Shown: positions 31,101 to 41,027 of the stretch, piece after piece
Position numbering within the stretch: the first letter of the stretch is position 1
Layout: every line of letters starts with the position of its first letter
From: Thermodesulfovibrionales bacterium
Lineage (GTDB): Bacteria; Nitrospirota; Thermodesulfovibrionia; Thermodesulfovibrionales; SM23-35
Direction of reading: 5' to 3'
DNA length: 64,000 bases
NCBI GenBank assembly: GCA_963715195.1
Contig: CAVQRT010000006.1
Location: 31,543 to 95,542 of the forward strand
The notes under the pieces: model-generated
The model's input: the letters and a program-made list of their open reading frames with translations, nothing else
Database searches by the model: none
Told to the model about the DNA's origin: nothing
Made by a program: the position numbers and the translations under genes

Positions 31101-32692
31101 ATCGATTGATGTATCTCGCGGGAAATTGTGCTGAAGCGGAGGCAGTGAAACCGGTATTATTTGTTGTAGGACTTCCTGCCCCTCCGGTTCCTGTATCCGG
31201 CGGCGTTTGTAGCTCCGACGGGTACAGTCCAAATCACTAGTGTTTGACCCGGCGCACAGGCCGGAGCTGAGGAAGCTGTGAGCGTATCGCTCCCGGTATT
31301 GCCTGTATCCACTGATGTATTAATAAAAAGATTCCCGGTTGTATTGGGATAGGTTCCCTCGGGTGCCGTTACAGTCAGCGAGATTGTGCAAATGCTATTC
31401 GGAGCCAGCGTACCATTCGAAAAAGAAACCGATGTCTCTCCTCCGGTTGGTGCAGGTGAAAATGTTCCTGCACCGCAGCTGTTATAGGAAACTCCTGGCG
31501 TGCTATCAACCGCTAAACCGGCAGGGAAGGCGTCAATAAAATTGACACCGGCAATCGTTTCAGAAGTCGGGTTGTTAAGCTTAAAGGTCATGGTTGAAGT
31601 CCCACCCGGGGAAATTGCTTTCGGGCTGAATGATTTGCCGATTGTCACCGACGATGGCCCCAGGATATTTATAATGCGAGCGCCAACCCCGTAGTCAGCG
31701 TTGTAGTGGAAACTGCTTCCCGAGAAGTCATAGAGCAGGCTATTGAGGGTTTGGCTGGTGCCTGCACCGCTGAGTATTTTGACTATGTAAGTGGTGACAA
31801 CATTGCTGCCGCCCGCTTTGCCGGTAAGAGGATCGACGCCGACACACGAGCGATAGTTCGGGCTGTCGGGATCGTTCTCCCAAAGGCATGCATCGGCATA
31901 CAACTTGTCATTGGGATTTGAAACATAGCCGGAGCTGTCCGCAGAGTAGGTTGTGCTCACAGAAAGAATCTGAAATATCGTATTGGGAAAATTGATAAAG
32001 GCTTCAAACTGTTCATATCCCTGGGTTGCAGTGCCACCGTAAAGTTTGATGGTATACGTATTGCCGACGATCAGTGTCATGGAACCGCCGGCCGGGACAT
32101 GACACTCCATTGAGCTGTATGTCGGATACTGAGTTGCGGTTCTGAGATATCAGGTGTTCTACGTACAACTCACGCGGCTGGGGAGAGGATCCCGTTGCGC
32201 CGGACACCGAGTCGGTGGCAGTGATATGGTAGCGACGGGTGTTGTCAAAAGCAGCTGCAACTTTTGTAACTTCAACCTCAAAATACGCATCGGAACAGCT
32301 ACTGGCCGCAAGAGAGCCGATGGTAATTGATGATAGTGAGCCAGCACGCAGATTAATGTAATCGTCAGCGTTGACATCACCAACAAACACGCCTTGTCCA
32401 TCATCCCAAAGAAAAGCGGCAGTTACATTGTTGGCATCCGTAGTTCCTGTGTTACAAACCCGTGCACCGACCGGGAAACGATAAGGACCAGTTGCCGGGC
32501 TGTTGCTGTCAAGTCCTATGATATTCCAGGTGATTGGCCTGATTTCAAGGACCGGATCAGCAATAGCCGAAGATGTTAAGGTAGATAGAAAGACCAGGAC
32601 CAGAAGACGGATTGTGATGAAATCTCTTACAGCAGAAAGCCTTGTTGCATCTCTGAAGAATCTTTCTGCGATATTTCACTGTCTAAACTCAT
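28104..32692 (-). pseudogene. Large Ig-like-repeat (DUF11/DUF7507-like) surface protein with IPTL-CTERM signal, multiply frameshifted
   Basis: AAGGAGG RBS + ATG 32692; signal peptide; ITWNIIGLDSN domain; KSFSP and KSASP..YxVTNSGN repeats; tail VPTMNEWG-TM-RRR; homology continues across about ten or more frame changes. Confidence 0.8.
28663..29290. repeat. Two tandem coding repeats of about 318 bp (Ig-like domain duplication)
   Basis: GTAAC(A/G)GTCTCGGTGTCGGTCGGAGAGG starts at 28663 and 28981, with continued high similarity. Confidence 0.85.
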
Positions 32693-32919
32693 TAGTTTCC
32701 TCCTTAAGATGCCTGTTTCTTCTCAGAACTATGTATATGATATTTGAATGGATATTATACATAAGAATGTTAAGTATAACAATATGCAAGTGCATTCTGG
32801 CATAAGGGAAGTGTGATTTCCGTTTCAGTATCGAGCGAAAATAGTTCTTCCCGGGAGCTGTCTTTCAACCGGTATTGACAGCTTATCTTTCAATTATTTT
32901 TTTGAATGTCGTTAGCGGA

Positions 32920-34233
32920 TTATTGTTGAAGAGGGTAGCATGCTCTTGAGGAACTCCTTAATCTGAACAAAGCTTTATGAGCCTCTATGCTCGACGGATG
33001 CAGATTGAGCGCCGTCTCATAACTTTCTTTGGCCCTGCCGGATAATCCCATGGCACTGTATATATTGCCTGCCTCAATCATATAATCTGAATTGAACGGG
33101 TCAAGGTTGAGTGCTTTCTGAATAGCCTGTTCCGCTTCATGCAAGTTACCGAGCTTCGCGAGTGTCTGTGCGTAAAATGAATGGTATTTTCCAGATGAGC
33201 TATCATGTGATAACGCGCATTCAAAAAGGCGTTTCGCTTTTGCGAAGTTCCCGTTCCAAAATTCGAGTTTGCCACGTTCAAAATACCTGCGCGCCGATTT
33301 TTCGTTTTTTATGATTTCCTGTGCCGTTTCTGTTTCAGAAATTTCAAAAAGTCGCCTTTGAGAGTTTTGTAGAGACCTGTCGGCCGACTCTTTATTGGAA
33401 TGATTGCACCTCTGCTGAAAGCGCATACCTAATGAGGACATTTGTTGCGCGCCATGTATTTGTATCATTGCCACGGAGGCATCAGACTCTAACACCGCAA
33501 GAAAAGATTCAATCACGTGCAGGTCGCCGGGGAACTGCATTCCCGTTAGATAAAAGGGGATATGATTTCCGCATAAATCCACAACACCTTCGACGAGCAA
33601 AGCCCACATAGCACAGGCTCTCATGGACAGAGTTTTGTCTCTATACCGAATCTTCACCGGGTATGTATATCCTACAGTCAACCTCCTGTTCGATTTGACC
33701 AGCATTCCGCTTTTAGAAATATTCATAAGGACCGCCTGAGTTGTTGCTGCAATCTCAGTTGTGACGGTTATCTTGCCGACAGAGAGTCTTCTGTGACGCC
33801 TCTTTTCAGGAAAGGTATTTTTTCTGGAAATGATGTTCGTATCATTATCGGTATGAGATAGTGTGGCGGTTTTCTGTTTAGCCTTATGGTCTCTTCTGAA
33901 ACATTCTCCTTTACACGTGTCCGCTTTTACGAAATCTATAAAAGTTTGGTCATTTTCAACGATTTGAATTCCTAATCCGTTTTTTACCGATGAAACACCT
34001 GCCCTCGAAATTCTCTTGATAATGCCCTTCAGGAAGGCAGTCTTTTTGCCGGGTAGGAGTAGTTCAAGCTCAATAGGGCTGTCGACCGCAAATTTCCTGT
34101 TTGTATTGATAAAGAGTCCGCTCTCAGAAAGATTGCCAGACATGCCCATAAAGTGCGTATGATTTATGAAGAACTTTATCGCAAGCCTGCTTGTGATTCT
34201 CGTATGTCTTCTGCTCTCTGCGGATTTCTTCAT
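32920..34233 (-). CDS. PilZ-PilZ-TPR protein
   Basis: RRHTR + NLSESG; RRHRR + NISKSG; C-terminal TPRs; ATG 34233 chosen, longer open frame to 34365. Confidence 0.8.
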   Translation of the reverse strand: MKKSAESRRHTRITSRLAIKFFINHTHFMGMSGNLSESGLFINTNRKFAVDSPIELELLLPGKKTAFLKGIIKRISRAGVSSVKNGLGIQIVENDQTFIDFVKADTCKGECFRRDHKAKQKTATLSHTDNDTNIISRKNTFPEKRRHRRLSVGKITVTTEIAATTQAVLMNISKSGMLVKSNRRLTVGYTYPVKIRYRDKTLSMRACAMWALLVEGVVDLCGNHIPFYLTGMQFPGDLHVIESFLAVLESDASVAMIQIHGAQQMSSLGMRFQQRCNHSNKESADRSLQNSQRRLFEISETETAQEIIKNEKSARRYFERGKLEFWNGNFAKAKRLFECALSHDSSSGKYHSFYAQTLAKLGNLHEAEQAIQKALNLDPFNSDYMIEAGNIYSAMGLSGRAKESYETALNLHPSSIEAHKALFRLRSSSRACYPLQQ

Positions 34234-34313
34234 TTTTGAGATAGTTTGCTTCAGGAATTGGTGATGATCATTGGGATCCTGTGTCAATATTATTATGTGC
34301 CTCCATGAAATAG

Positions 34314-34333
34314 GCAATCCTACTTGGGTAGGG
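34314..34333. promoter_or_regulatory. Second copy of the palindromic regulator site
   Basis: GCAATCCTACTTGGGTAGGG; minus-strand TTGCCT-N17-AATAAT follows. Confidence 0.6.
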
Positions 34334-34554
34334 GAATGATGCCTCATAAAGAATTGAACATGCACTATCTACTCTTCTTTTACCATGCCTGTAAATATAA
34401 GACTTCATTATGCACAAAATTATCTTCTGAAGCTCAAGCGGAATGTGATGAAATGGTTCTTGCATTGATTGACAATTATTGTCATTATGAAAACTTCCGG
34501 CACAACTGGCACATATTTTACTCAATAAATCAATAAGTTTTCAGAATATGCTCC

Positions 34555-34570
34555 TGGCATGAAAAATGCT
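34555..34570 (+). promoter_or_regulatory. Sigma54 (-24/-12) promoter
   Basis: TGGCATGAAAAATGCT, exact GG-N10-GC spacing, about 40 nt before the start codon. Confidence 0.6.
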
Positions 34571-34612
34571 TAAATATTAAGCTGATAATATCATAACGTT
34601 AAAGAGGTGATT

Positions 34613-35728
34613 ATGAAAACAGTCGAAAAAGAAGTTAATAAATTCAATTTTCCACAAATCCTTCTCGACCTTCACCGGGAGAGCAAAACAGGGACGTTAA
34701 CAGTCGATACGGCAGATGTTATAAAAAAGGTTTACCTCGATAGGGGGAAAGCTGTTTTTGCATCTTCCACAGATGAGGACGACAGACTCGGAGAAACACT
34801 CATCAAGCTTGGGAAGATTACAATCGAGCAGTACGAAAAATCTGTTGAGTTGCTGAAGGAGACAGGGAAGAGGCAGGGAACAATCCTTGTTGAACTTGGG
34901 TATCTTACGCCGAAGGATTTGGTGCTGGGGGTAAAAGCACAGGTCAGGGAGATCATATACAGCCTTTTTCAAGTTGAGTATGCAGAGTATGAATTCGATG
35001 AGAGACCGTTGCCTACACGCGAGGTTATAACCTTGCAGATGAGCATGGGAAACCTCATCTACGAAGGGATGAAGAAAATAAATAATGTAGTCCGGATAAA
35101 GAGAGACATGCCTGATATGGATGCGGTGCTGAAACTGAATGACGATCCTGCAAGTCTTTTTCAGGATATTGTGCTTACTCCACGTGATAAAGCGATGATT
35201 GAGATGATAGACGGCACAAAAACGATCAAGGAGATTATCGACAGTACACCGACCGCTACCTTTGAAGCCTTGAAGACGCTGTATATTTTATTTGTTTCAG
35301 GATTTGTTGAGGAACAAAGGAATGCTGAGAAAAGCGAAGAGCGGGAGATAATCCCCGATGAGATGGCAGAATCCCCCGGCAGGGCGGAAGAGGCCTTCGA
35401 AGGACGGGTCAATGAATTGTTCTCTAATTTATATAAGATGAATCCACATGAAATTCTCGGCATTGATGAAACGTCTGATGAACAGACTATTCAGAGCAAT
35501 TATTACAAGCTTGTAAAGGAATTTCATCCTGACCAGCACATTTCTTCAATAGATCCGCTTATGCTGGATAAGCTCATAACCATTTCAGAGGAGATACAAA
35601 AAGCATATGTGCTCCTGAAGGAAGATGACGAAAGAAGAGATTATTTTCAGGCAATAGAAAAAAATTTACAGGATGACATTGGTAATAGTATGCAGAAGAA
35701 CATTTCAGATCAGAACTCTCAAAGGTGA
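34613..35728 (+). CDS. DUF4388 (PatA-N-like) + DnaJ J-domain protein
   Basis: TGTLTV..VYLDRG..FASS..RLGETL, RQGTILVELG; J-domain HEILG..YYKLVKEFHPD; GAGGTG RBS. Confidence 0.82.
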   Translation: MKTVEKEVNKFNFPQILLDLHRESKTGTLTVDTADVIKKVYLDRGKAVFASSTDEDDRLGETLIKLGKITIEQYEKSVELLKETGKRQGTILVELGYLTPKDLVLGVKAQVREIIYSLFQVEYAEYEFDERPLPTREVITLQMSMGNLIYEGMKKINNVVRIKRDMPDMDAVLKLNDDPASLFQDIVLTPRDKAMIEMIDGTKTIKEIIDSTPTATFEALKTLYILFVSGFVEEQRNAEKSEEREIIPDEMAESPGRAEEAFEGRVNELFSNLYKMNPHEILGIDETSDEQTIQSNYYKLVKEFHPDQHISSIDPLMLDKLITISEEIQKAYVLLKEDDERRDYFQAIEKNLQDDIGNSMQKNISDQNSQR

Positions 35729-37761
35729 GTGAAGAAATACTCTTCTCACGTGACACATTCGATGAGCCGGAGATTGAGGGAAATAAAAAAGGGGAATCTT
35801 TACGCGATATTCAATCTGTTGAACCCGCTGCTTTCGAAGATTATAGGGTTGAGGAGCAGTTTGATAGGTCAGATGCAAAGAAAGACGAAGAAATACTTTC
35901 TTCACGCGACTCATCAGTTGGAGCAGACAACGAAATGGCTTGGGATGAGAATGATACCCACGAACAAACAACTGAACATACACCTGTCGACGGACACTTG
36001 GTGGAAGCACGGCCTGAAGAGACCAATAAAGAATTATATGATGAAGCACCTGATGAGACTGAACAGAATGAAGTACAGCAGAAAAGGAAGTATGCGAGAT
36101 TTCAGGTTCATGACGCTGGCGTGAATGGAGAGATGCTGTTTTCAGAGGAAGTCAATCTTGTTGACATAAGCACGAGCGGCATTGCTTTAAAAGTGGACAG
36201 ACAACTGAAAATAGGCAGAGAATATTTGCTCAGTCTGCATGCTGAAGATGAGTTTATTTCTATTAAAGGTGAGGTTATAAGATCTACTTTGAGCGAAACG
36301 AAGACTGACTCGGCCGGCAATATCATACCGCTGTACCTCGTTGGTATGGAATTCAAAAACGTATCTTCAAATAAAGCAGAGCAAATCGATGAATTTATCA
36401 ACAACCATAAAATCGATGAGGTAAAAATCGATACCGGCTGTCTATTGAGTGGTACGCGATTACGTGCCAGGTTTCAACTAGATTCAACTGATACATATAT
36501 TTTGGATTCGCAGACATCTTACAAGGTTAAGGTGCTTAGCTTGTGTGGAATGATGATTGAAAGTGAGCAGGCTATCAGTCTAAATGATTCAGTGCAAATG
36601 AAAATGTCTCTGCCAGAAGATGGAACAATAAATATTCTTGGGAGGATCGTTTCGCATAGGGAAATAGACGTTGATCCGGAGCGCTATGATATTGCAATCG
36701 AATTCATTGAGATTTCAGAGGAAGACAGGGGAAAACTCCAGACGTTTCTCGACGGGATTTCAGACCTCCAGCGGCTAAGGGTAACCTCTGATGGAAACGA
36801 TGCTCAGAATGAAGAGGTAAATGAACAGCCAGAGACTGACATGGAAGAACCAGATAGTGCCCTTGCTCATGAACAATATGATAGAGATCCAGAAGCGGAA
36901 AAAGAGGCTTCCCCACAAGATACCATCAACCTCCAGTTAATAAACCTCATTGAAGAAATAAAGTTATTGCTTACCCAGATCCGAACTGAACTACCTGGGG
37001 CGGCCGTCAGCAATACCCCGTCTATGGAAACTTTCGGTGTTTCAGCAGAGACAAAAGAATGCCAATCGCCAACCTTTACTGAACCAGAGATGCTTGATGA
37101 GGACTGTTCCGATGATCTGCAGAAGGTGTGGCAGGAAGAATACGTTACAGTGCCAGAAGCCGTACAGAAATATATTTCTGAACAAGAGCAGGAGATGCCA
37201 CCGGAAGAACAGATGACCGAATCGCAGCCAGATATTCCAGGAAAGAAAAAACTAAAGTTATGGTATATAGCGATCCCGGTGCTTTTCCTGATAGCTGCAA
37301 TTGTATCTTTTCTGGTTCTTTATTCCCCGGAAAAGCAGAAGGTAATTTCTCAACCGGTGCAACCGGCACAAGACAAAAAGCAGATTCTTCCGCCAGCGCA
37401 ACCGGCAAACGTTATAAATGAGGCTCTGCCTTCTGTCCAGAAGACTCCGGAAAGCGCGCCTGTTCCTGCTCCCGAAGTAAAAGCGGCTTCTGCGGCAGCA
37501 ACATCTCCGGCTGCTCCTCACACCCTTGAATTAATTGCCTCAGATTCGACCTGGTTGTCGGCAACAATAGACGATAAGGCAGCGAAGGAGATGATTCTGA
37601 GGCCTGGAGACCGGATAAAGTGGACGGCGAAAAACAGTATTTCGCTAATAATCGGAAATGCTGCAGGACTGAAGCTGGTATTCGACGGAAAGGAATTTGG
37701 TCCTCTTGGCGAAAAGGGGAAAGTGGTAAAAGTCAAACTGCCTTCATCCGGGAATAAATAA
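35725..37761 (+). CDS. Acidic linker-PilZ-PilZ-TM-RodZ C-terminal (DUF4115-like) membrane protein
   Basis: RKYAR + DISTSG; second degenerate PilZ; KKKLK-TM; Pro/Ala linker; TWLSATID..LRPG..IGNAAG..FDG; GTGA overlap start. Confidence 0.8.
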   Translation: MSEEILFSRDTFDEPEIEGNKKGESLRDIQSVEPAAFEDYRVEEQFDRSDAKKDEEILSSRDSSVGADNEMAWDENDTHEQTTEHTPVDGHLVEARPEETNKELYDEAPDETEQNEVQQKRKYARFQVHDAGVNGEMLFSEEVNLVDISTSGIALKVDRQLKIGREYLLSLHAEDEFISIKGEVIRSTLSETKTDSAGNIIPLYLVGMEFKNVSSNKAEQIDEFINNHKIDEVKIDTGCLLSGTRLRARFQLDSTDTYILDSQTSYKVKVLSLCGMMIESEQAISLNDSVQMKMSLPEDGTINILGRIVSHREIDVDPERYDIAIEFIEISEEDRGKLQTFLDGISDLQRLRVTSDGNDAQNEEVNEQPETDMEEPDSALAHEQYDRDPEAEKEASPQDTINLQLINLIEEIKLLLTQIRTELPGAAVSNTPSMETFGVSAETKECQSPTFTEPEMLDEDCSDDLQKVWQEEYVTVPEAVQKYISEQEQEMPPEEQMTESQPDIPGKKKLKLWYIAIPVLFLIAAIVSFLVLYSPEKQKVISQPVQPAQDKKQILPPAQPANVINEALPSVQKTPESAPVPAPEVKAASAAATSPAAPHTLELIASDSTWLSATIDDKAAKEMILRPGDRIKWTAKNSISLIIGNAAGLKLVFDGKEFGPLGEKGKVVKVKLPSSGNK

Positions 37762-37897
37762 CATATTTCCCAGCAGCTATATATGCGGCAATATTCTTTG
37801 TAAGACGGGCACCCATGCTGTTCCATCCGATGCCGGTGCAACATGGGGTTGAATTAGTCGTGCCGGTAGCCTGATTTTGAGGGGAAGGACAGAACAG

Positions 37898-38341
37898 CTA
37901 TTTACTCGAATCGAGGAGTATGGTAACCGGACCGTCATTGATCAAATGCACCTGCATGTGTGAGCCGAAATCGCCTGTAGCAACCTTCAGACCGGTCTCC
38001 TCCACCTTTTCGATGAATTTCCTATACATGTCTTTCGCCTTCAGCGGATCTTCAGCGTTACCGAAGGAAGGACGGTTGCCTCTGCGGCAATCGGCGGACA
38101 GGGTAAATTGCGATACCACAAGCATATCACCGTTGATGTCCCGAACCGACAGATTCATCTTTTGCTGATCGTCTTCGAATATTCTCAGATGAGAAACTTT
38201 TTTGACAAGATACTCAACATCTGCTTCGGTATCACCTTTTTCAACGCCCAGAAAAACGAGCATACCTTTTCCTATCTCTGAAGAAGTGCTGCCTTCTTTT
38301 GCAACTTGTGCTTTCGAAACCCGCTGTATAAGTGCTTTCAT
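37898..38341 (-). CDS. dtd: D-aminoacyl-tRNA deacylase
   Basis: [26 protein letters not shown]. Confidence 0.96.
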   Translation of the reverse strand: MKALIQRVSKAQVAKEGSTSSEIGKGMLVFLGVEKGDTEADVEYLVKKVSHLRIFEDDQQKMNLSVRDINGDMLVVSQFTLSADCRRGNRPSFGNAEDPLKAKDMYRKFIEKVEETGLKVATGDFGSHMQVHLINDGPVTILLDSSK

Positions 38342-38354
38342 AAACAAAAAAAGT

Positions 38355-38428
38355 CAGAGGATTCGAGGTTTCAAGTCAAGCATTCAGTAATCGTATATTC
38401 ACTTGAGTTCTCGGATCCTTGAACCCTG
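38355..38428. repeat. Octamer-based intergenic hairpin
   Basis: GGATTCGA-GGTTTCAA-GT pairs with ACTTGA-GTTCTCGG-ATCCTTGA-ACCCT. Confidence 0.5.
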
Positions 38429-38432
38429 TTTC

Positions 38433-40607
38433 TTAATACCAAAGCATTGCCTCGAAATCAGGCGTCGGAACCGTCAAGGTAATATGACCCCTAAACGGAC
38501 AGCGTTCTATTTCTTCTTCATTTTTTATGACACACACGGAAAAACTGATTTCTGCTTTTTCCTCTGCGTGCAGGACACTGAACGGAATCTTTATTTCGAA
38601 AATGTCATCAACGGCAACATCAGGGATGTCCTGTATCTTTAACCATTTGTTCTCGCTTCGCCTGAGCAGTTCCGCAAGGAGAGCAGGCCTGAATGATATG
38701 AAGACCCTGCTCTGAGAAGGTTTTATGATATCGATGGATAAATGAACATCGTCGGTGAACTCCCTGAACGGCACCGTGCCGTCAAGCCTGATGAAAAGGG
38801 AGTCTTTATTAAAACCATAGTAAAGGGTTGACAGGAGACTTTCCGACTTGTGCATGCTGCCCCCGGCTTTCCGGGTATCAAGGTGCGCTCCCTGGTACCA
38901 TTCGTAATAGCTTGTGACAACGCCGTCGATTCTCGGATCGATAAATCCCCGTATGGCGACCGACGGCATGATGCTCCGGTCTTCTCTCAGCACGGGGCTG
39001 AAAAGGTGGGCTGGAATCTCTTTGCCGATTTCCCTGTATACTTTCATAAGATGTAATCTGAACAGTTCATCGAAGTCTGTCTGATTCTCGGTGATATGAT
39101 CGTCTCCGTACCACCAGTTCCAGTCACTTCCCTCCGCGATAAAGAGTGCCTTCCATGCAGCGGAAAGATCACGGTCAGCATGCATCTCCTGAAAAAGCTC
39201 AAGTGCCTCACGGGTTTCCGCGAGATAATCCCATGCAGTGTTGTCCTCTTCATGACCGATCCAAACTGCAAAATTTGCATAAATCCATGAACCTGCATGC
39301 ATTTGCTGCAACGGCGTTCCCCTGTCACGGGAATTCAGATATTCTGAAACCGTAATAGCTTCCAGCATCTCATCTTTTGATAACCCTTCGTATACATACC
39401 GCAGGAAATCATGTCCGTCATTTTTGTAGTATTCCCAGGCGTTTTCACCATCGAGGATGATCGACACAAGGTGAGGCTTGTCCTTGGGAACGGATCTCTG
39501 TATGTGAATCAGCTTTGAAATGAAGTCTTCCGCAGCTTTCCGGGGTTCCCACCGTGCGTACTCAAAACCGATGAGGTCCGAAAGGCTGTGATCTCTGAAA
39601 AGCACCGATACGCCATTGAACATGTGAGGACTATAGAGCGAAGAAGGATCGATGACGTTCCGTGAAGAATCACGCAAGGATCTTCCGAGAGAAACCGAAA
39701 GGATGTCCTCATCTGTTGCAATCCACTGGATACCCTCACGGGAAATGATCTTCAAAACTTCCTCGCTTACGGAGCCTTCGGATGGCCATATGCCCGCAGG
39801 ACGGTATCCGAAGACCTTTTCGAAGTATTCGATTCCGATCCTGATCTGTTGCCGGGCATCTTCAGGATGAGAAAATCGTTTTTTCGGAAGGCGTATTTCA
39901 GGCAACGCGATCCTTGCCACATTTGTATCGCAGATGAGAGGGAGAATAGGGTGATAGAACGGTGAGACCGAAAGTTCGATACGGCTCTCCGATGCCATTT
40001 CCCGGTAGCGGGGAATAATTTTCTTCAACAGCTCAAGCTGTTTCCCGATGAGGAGCTCTTTCTCGTCCTCGGTAAAATCTTTTCCCTTTTCGACGAGCTC
40101 GCCCAGGAAAGGGTCGTTCCTTCTGTGCATCGGGTCTATCCAGCAGAGATTGAAAAGCACCTGGAGATCAAGGAAATCGCGAACACTGAAATACGATGCC
40201 ATCCTTTTCAGTTCGCTTGCTATGAGATGGGAGCCGCGTTTCATGAGCAGTTCGTAATATCGCGGAAATGATTTTATCATGTTATCCCAGTGTGCGAGGA
40301 AGAAATGCTGGAGAATGAATATGCGGTCCTCGATATCCAGTTCAGAGGCCTTTTTCAGGGAAACTGCCAGAAACCGGTCTTGTGCCTGGTTCTCAACATA
40401 ATCGGTTATCTGCTCGAGGAGGGAAGGAGTGAAATTGAATGTCTGTTTGATCTCGGGAAAATCCTCAAGAATTTCCACCATGTCAAGATAATCCTTTGTG
40501 CCGTGGAGCCTAACCCAGGGAAGCCGGTACAAACCGGTGAAAGGGTCTTTATAGTAGGGCTGATGCATATGCCACAGGAAGGAAATGAAGAGGGGATTAT
40601 CGTTCAT
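38433..40607 (-). CDS. Glycoside hydrolase family 57 (amylopullulanase-like)
   Basis: WHMHQP, PWVRLH, PFYHPILPL, WPSEG, ILDGENAWE, AEGSDWNWW. Confidence 0.92.
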   Translation of the reverse strand: MNDNPLFISFLWHMHQPYYKDPFTGLYRLPWVRLHGTKDYLDMVEILEDFPEIKQTFNFTPSLLEQITDYVENQAQDRFLAVSLKKASELDIEDRIFILQHFFLAHWDNMIKSFPRYYELLMKRGSHLIASELKRMASYFSVRDFLDLQVLFNLCWIDPMHRRNDPFLGELVEKGKDFTEDEKELLIGKQLELLKKIIPRYREMASESRIELSVSPFYHPILPLICDTNVARIALPEIRLPKKRFSHPEDARQQIRIGIEYFEKVFGYRPAGIWPSEGSVSEEVLKIISREGIQWIATDEDILSVSLGRSLRDSSRNVIDPSSLYSPHMFNGVSVLFRDHSLSDLIGFEYARWEPRKAAEDFISKLIHIQRSVPKDKPHLVSIILDGENAWEYYKNDGHDFLRYVYEGLSKDEMLEAITVSEYLNSRDRGTPLQQMHAGSWIYANFAVWIGHEEDNTAWDYLAETREALELFQEMHADRDLSAAWKALFIAEGSDWNWWYGDDHITENQTDFDELFRLHLMKVYREIGKEIPAHLFSPVLREDRSIMPSVAIRGFIDPRIDGVVTSYYEWYQGAHLDTRKAGGSMHKSESLLSTLYYGFNKDSLFIRLDGTVPFREFTDDVHLSIDIIKPSQSRVFISFRPALLAELLRRSENKWLKIQDIPDVAVDDIFEIKIPFSVLHAEEKAEISFSVCVIKNEEEIERCPFRGHITLTVPTPDFEAMLWY

Positions 40608-40923
40608 ACTGGAAGATCAATTCATCGGGCTTTGCTAATCCATAATCCTCCCTCGCGTGTTTCTCTTTCATGAACGGGTCTTCCTTGATAGATTTCAATT
40701 GTCCTCTCAGTTTTGCGTTGTCCTGTTCTATCTCCCTGATCTGGGTCTCCAGTTGCACCTTTGTTTTCCTGAGTTCGAGGTAGCGAAGCAAACCCATATC
40801 CCCTAAGAGACCATTCATGATGATGTACAGGATTCCCAGAAGCGCAACGGTAAAAAATACCAACCGCCGTTTCCGCAGCTCGGCAGACACCTGTCTTCTT
40901 AAAAGGTTTCCGTGCACTCCCAT
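40597..40923 (-). CDS. ftsB: Septum formation initiator FtsB/DivIC
   Basis: Single TM, GDMGL, coiled coil, EKHAREDYGLAKPDE. Confidence 0.85.
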   Translation of the reverse strand: MGVHGNLLRRQVSAELRKRRLVFFTVALLGILYIIMNGLLGDMGLLRYLELRKTKVQLETQIREIEQDNAKLRGQLKSIKEDPFMKEKHAREDYGLAKPDELIFQYER

Positions 40924-41027
40924 TCACCATCATTATAAAATACTTTAGCGCCCTTGTATACTCTCCGTATGGAGCGTGCCTCCTCAACAAGGATCGGATC
41001 GATAGCCTGCTGCACAGAAGAAATCAT
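40899..41027 (-). other. 42-codon ORF resembling a decayed enolase C-terminus
   Basis: MISSVQQAIDPILVEEARSIRRVYKGAKVFYNDGEWECTETF; ATGA overlap with the lpdA stop. Confidence 0.35.

Noticed and set aside
28104..32692. Programmed phase variation of the surface protein
   Set aside because: Breaks are numerous and not at long homopolymer or microsatellite tracts
34234..34365. Longer N-terminal extensions from the ORF track (also dxs 8604, 15437, plsX 43573, fabH 44573, 49982)
   Set aside because: They overlap upstream genes, promoters or the tRNA relic; downstream starts fit the domain boundaries better
37811..37849. Hairpin CCCATG...CATGGG between convergent genes as an ncRNA
   Set aside because: Imperfect, single copy, no U-tract or family signature
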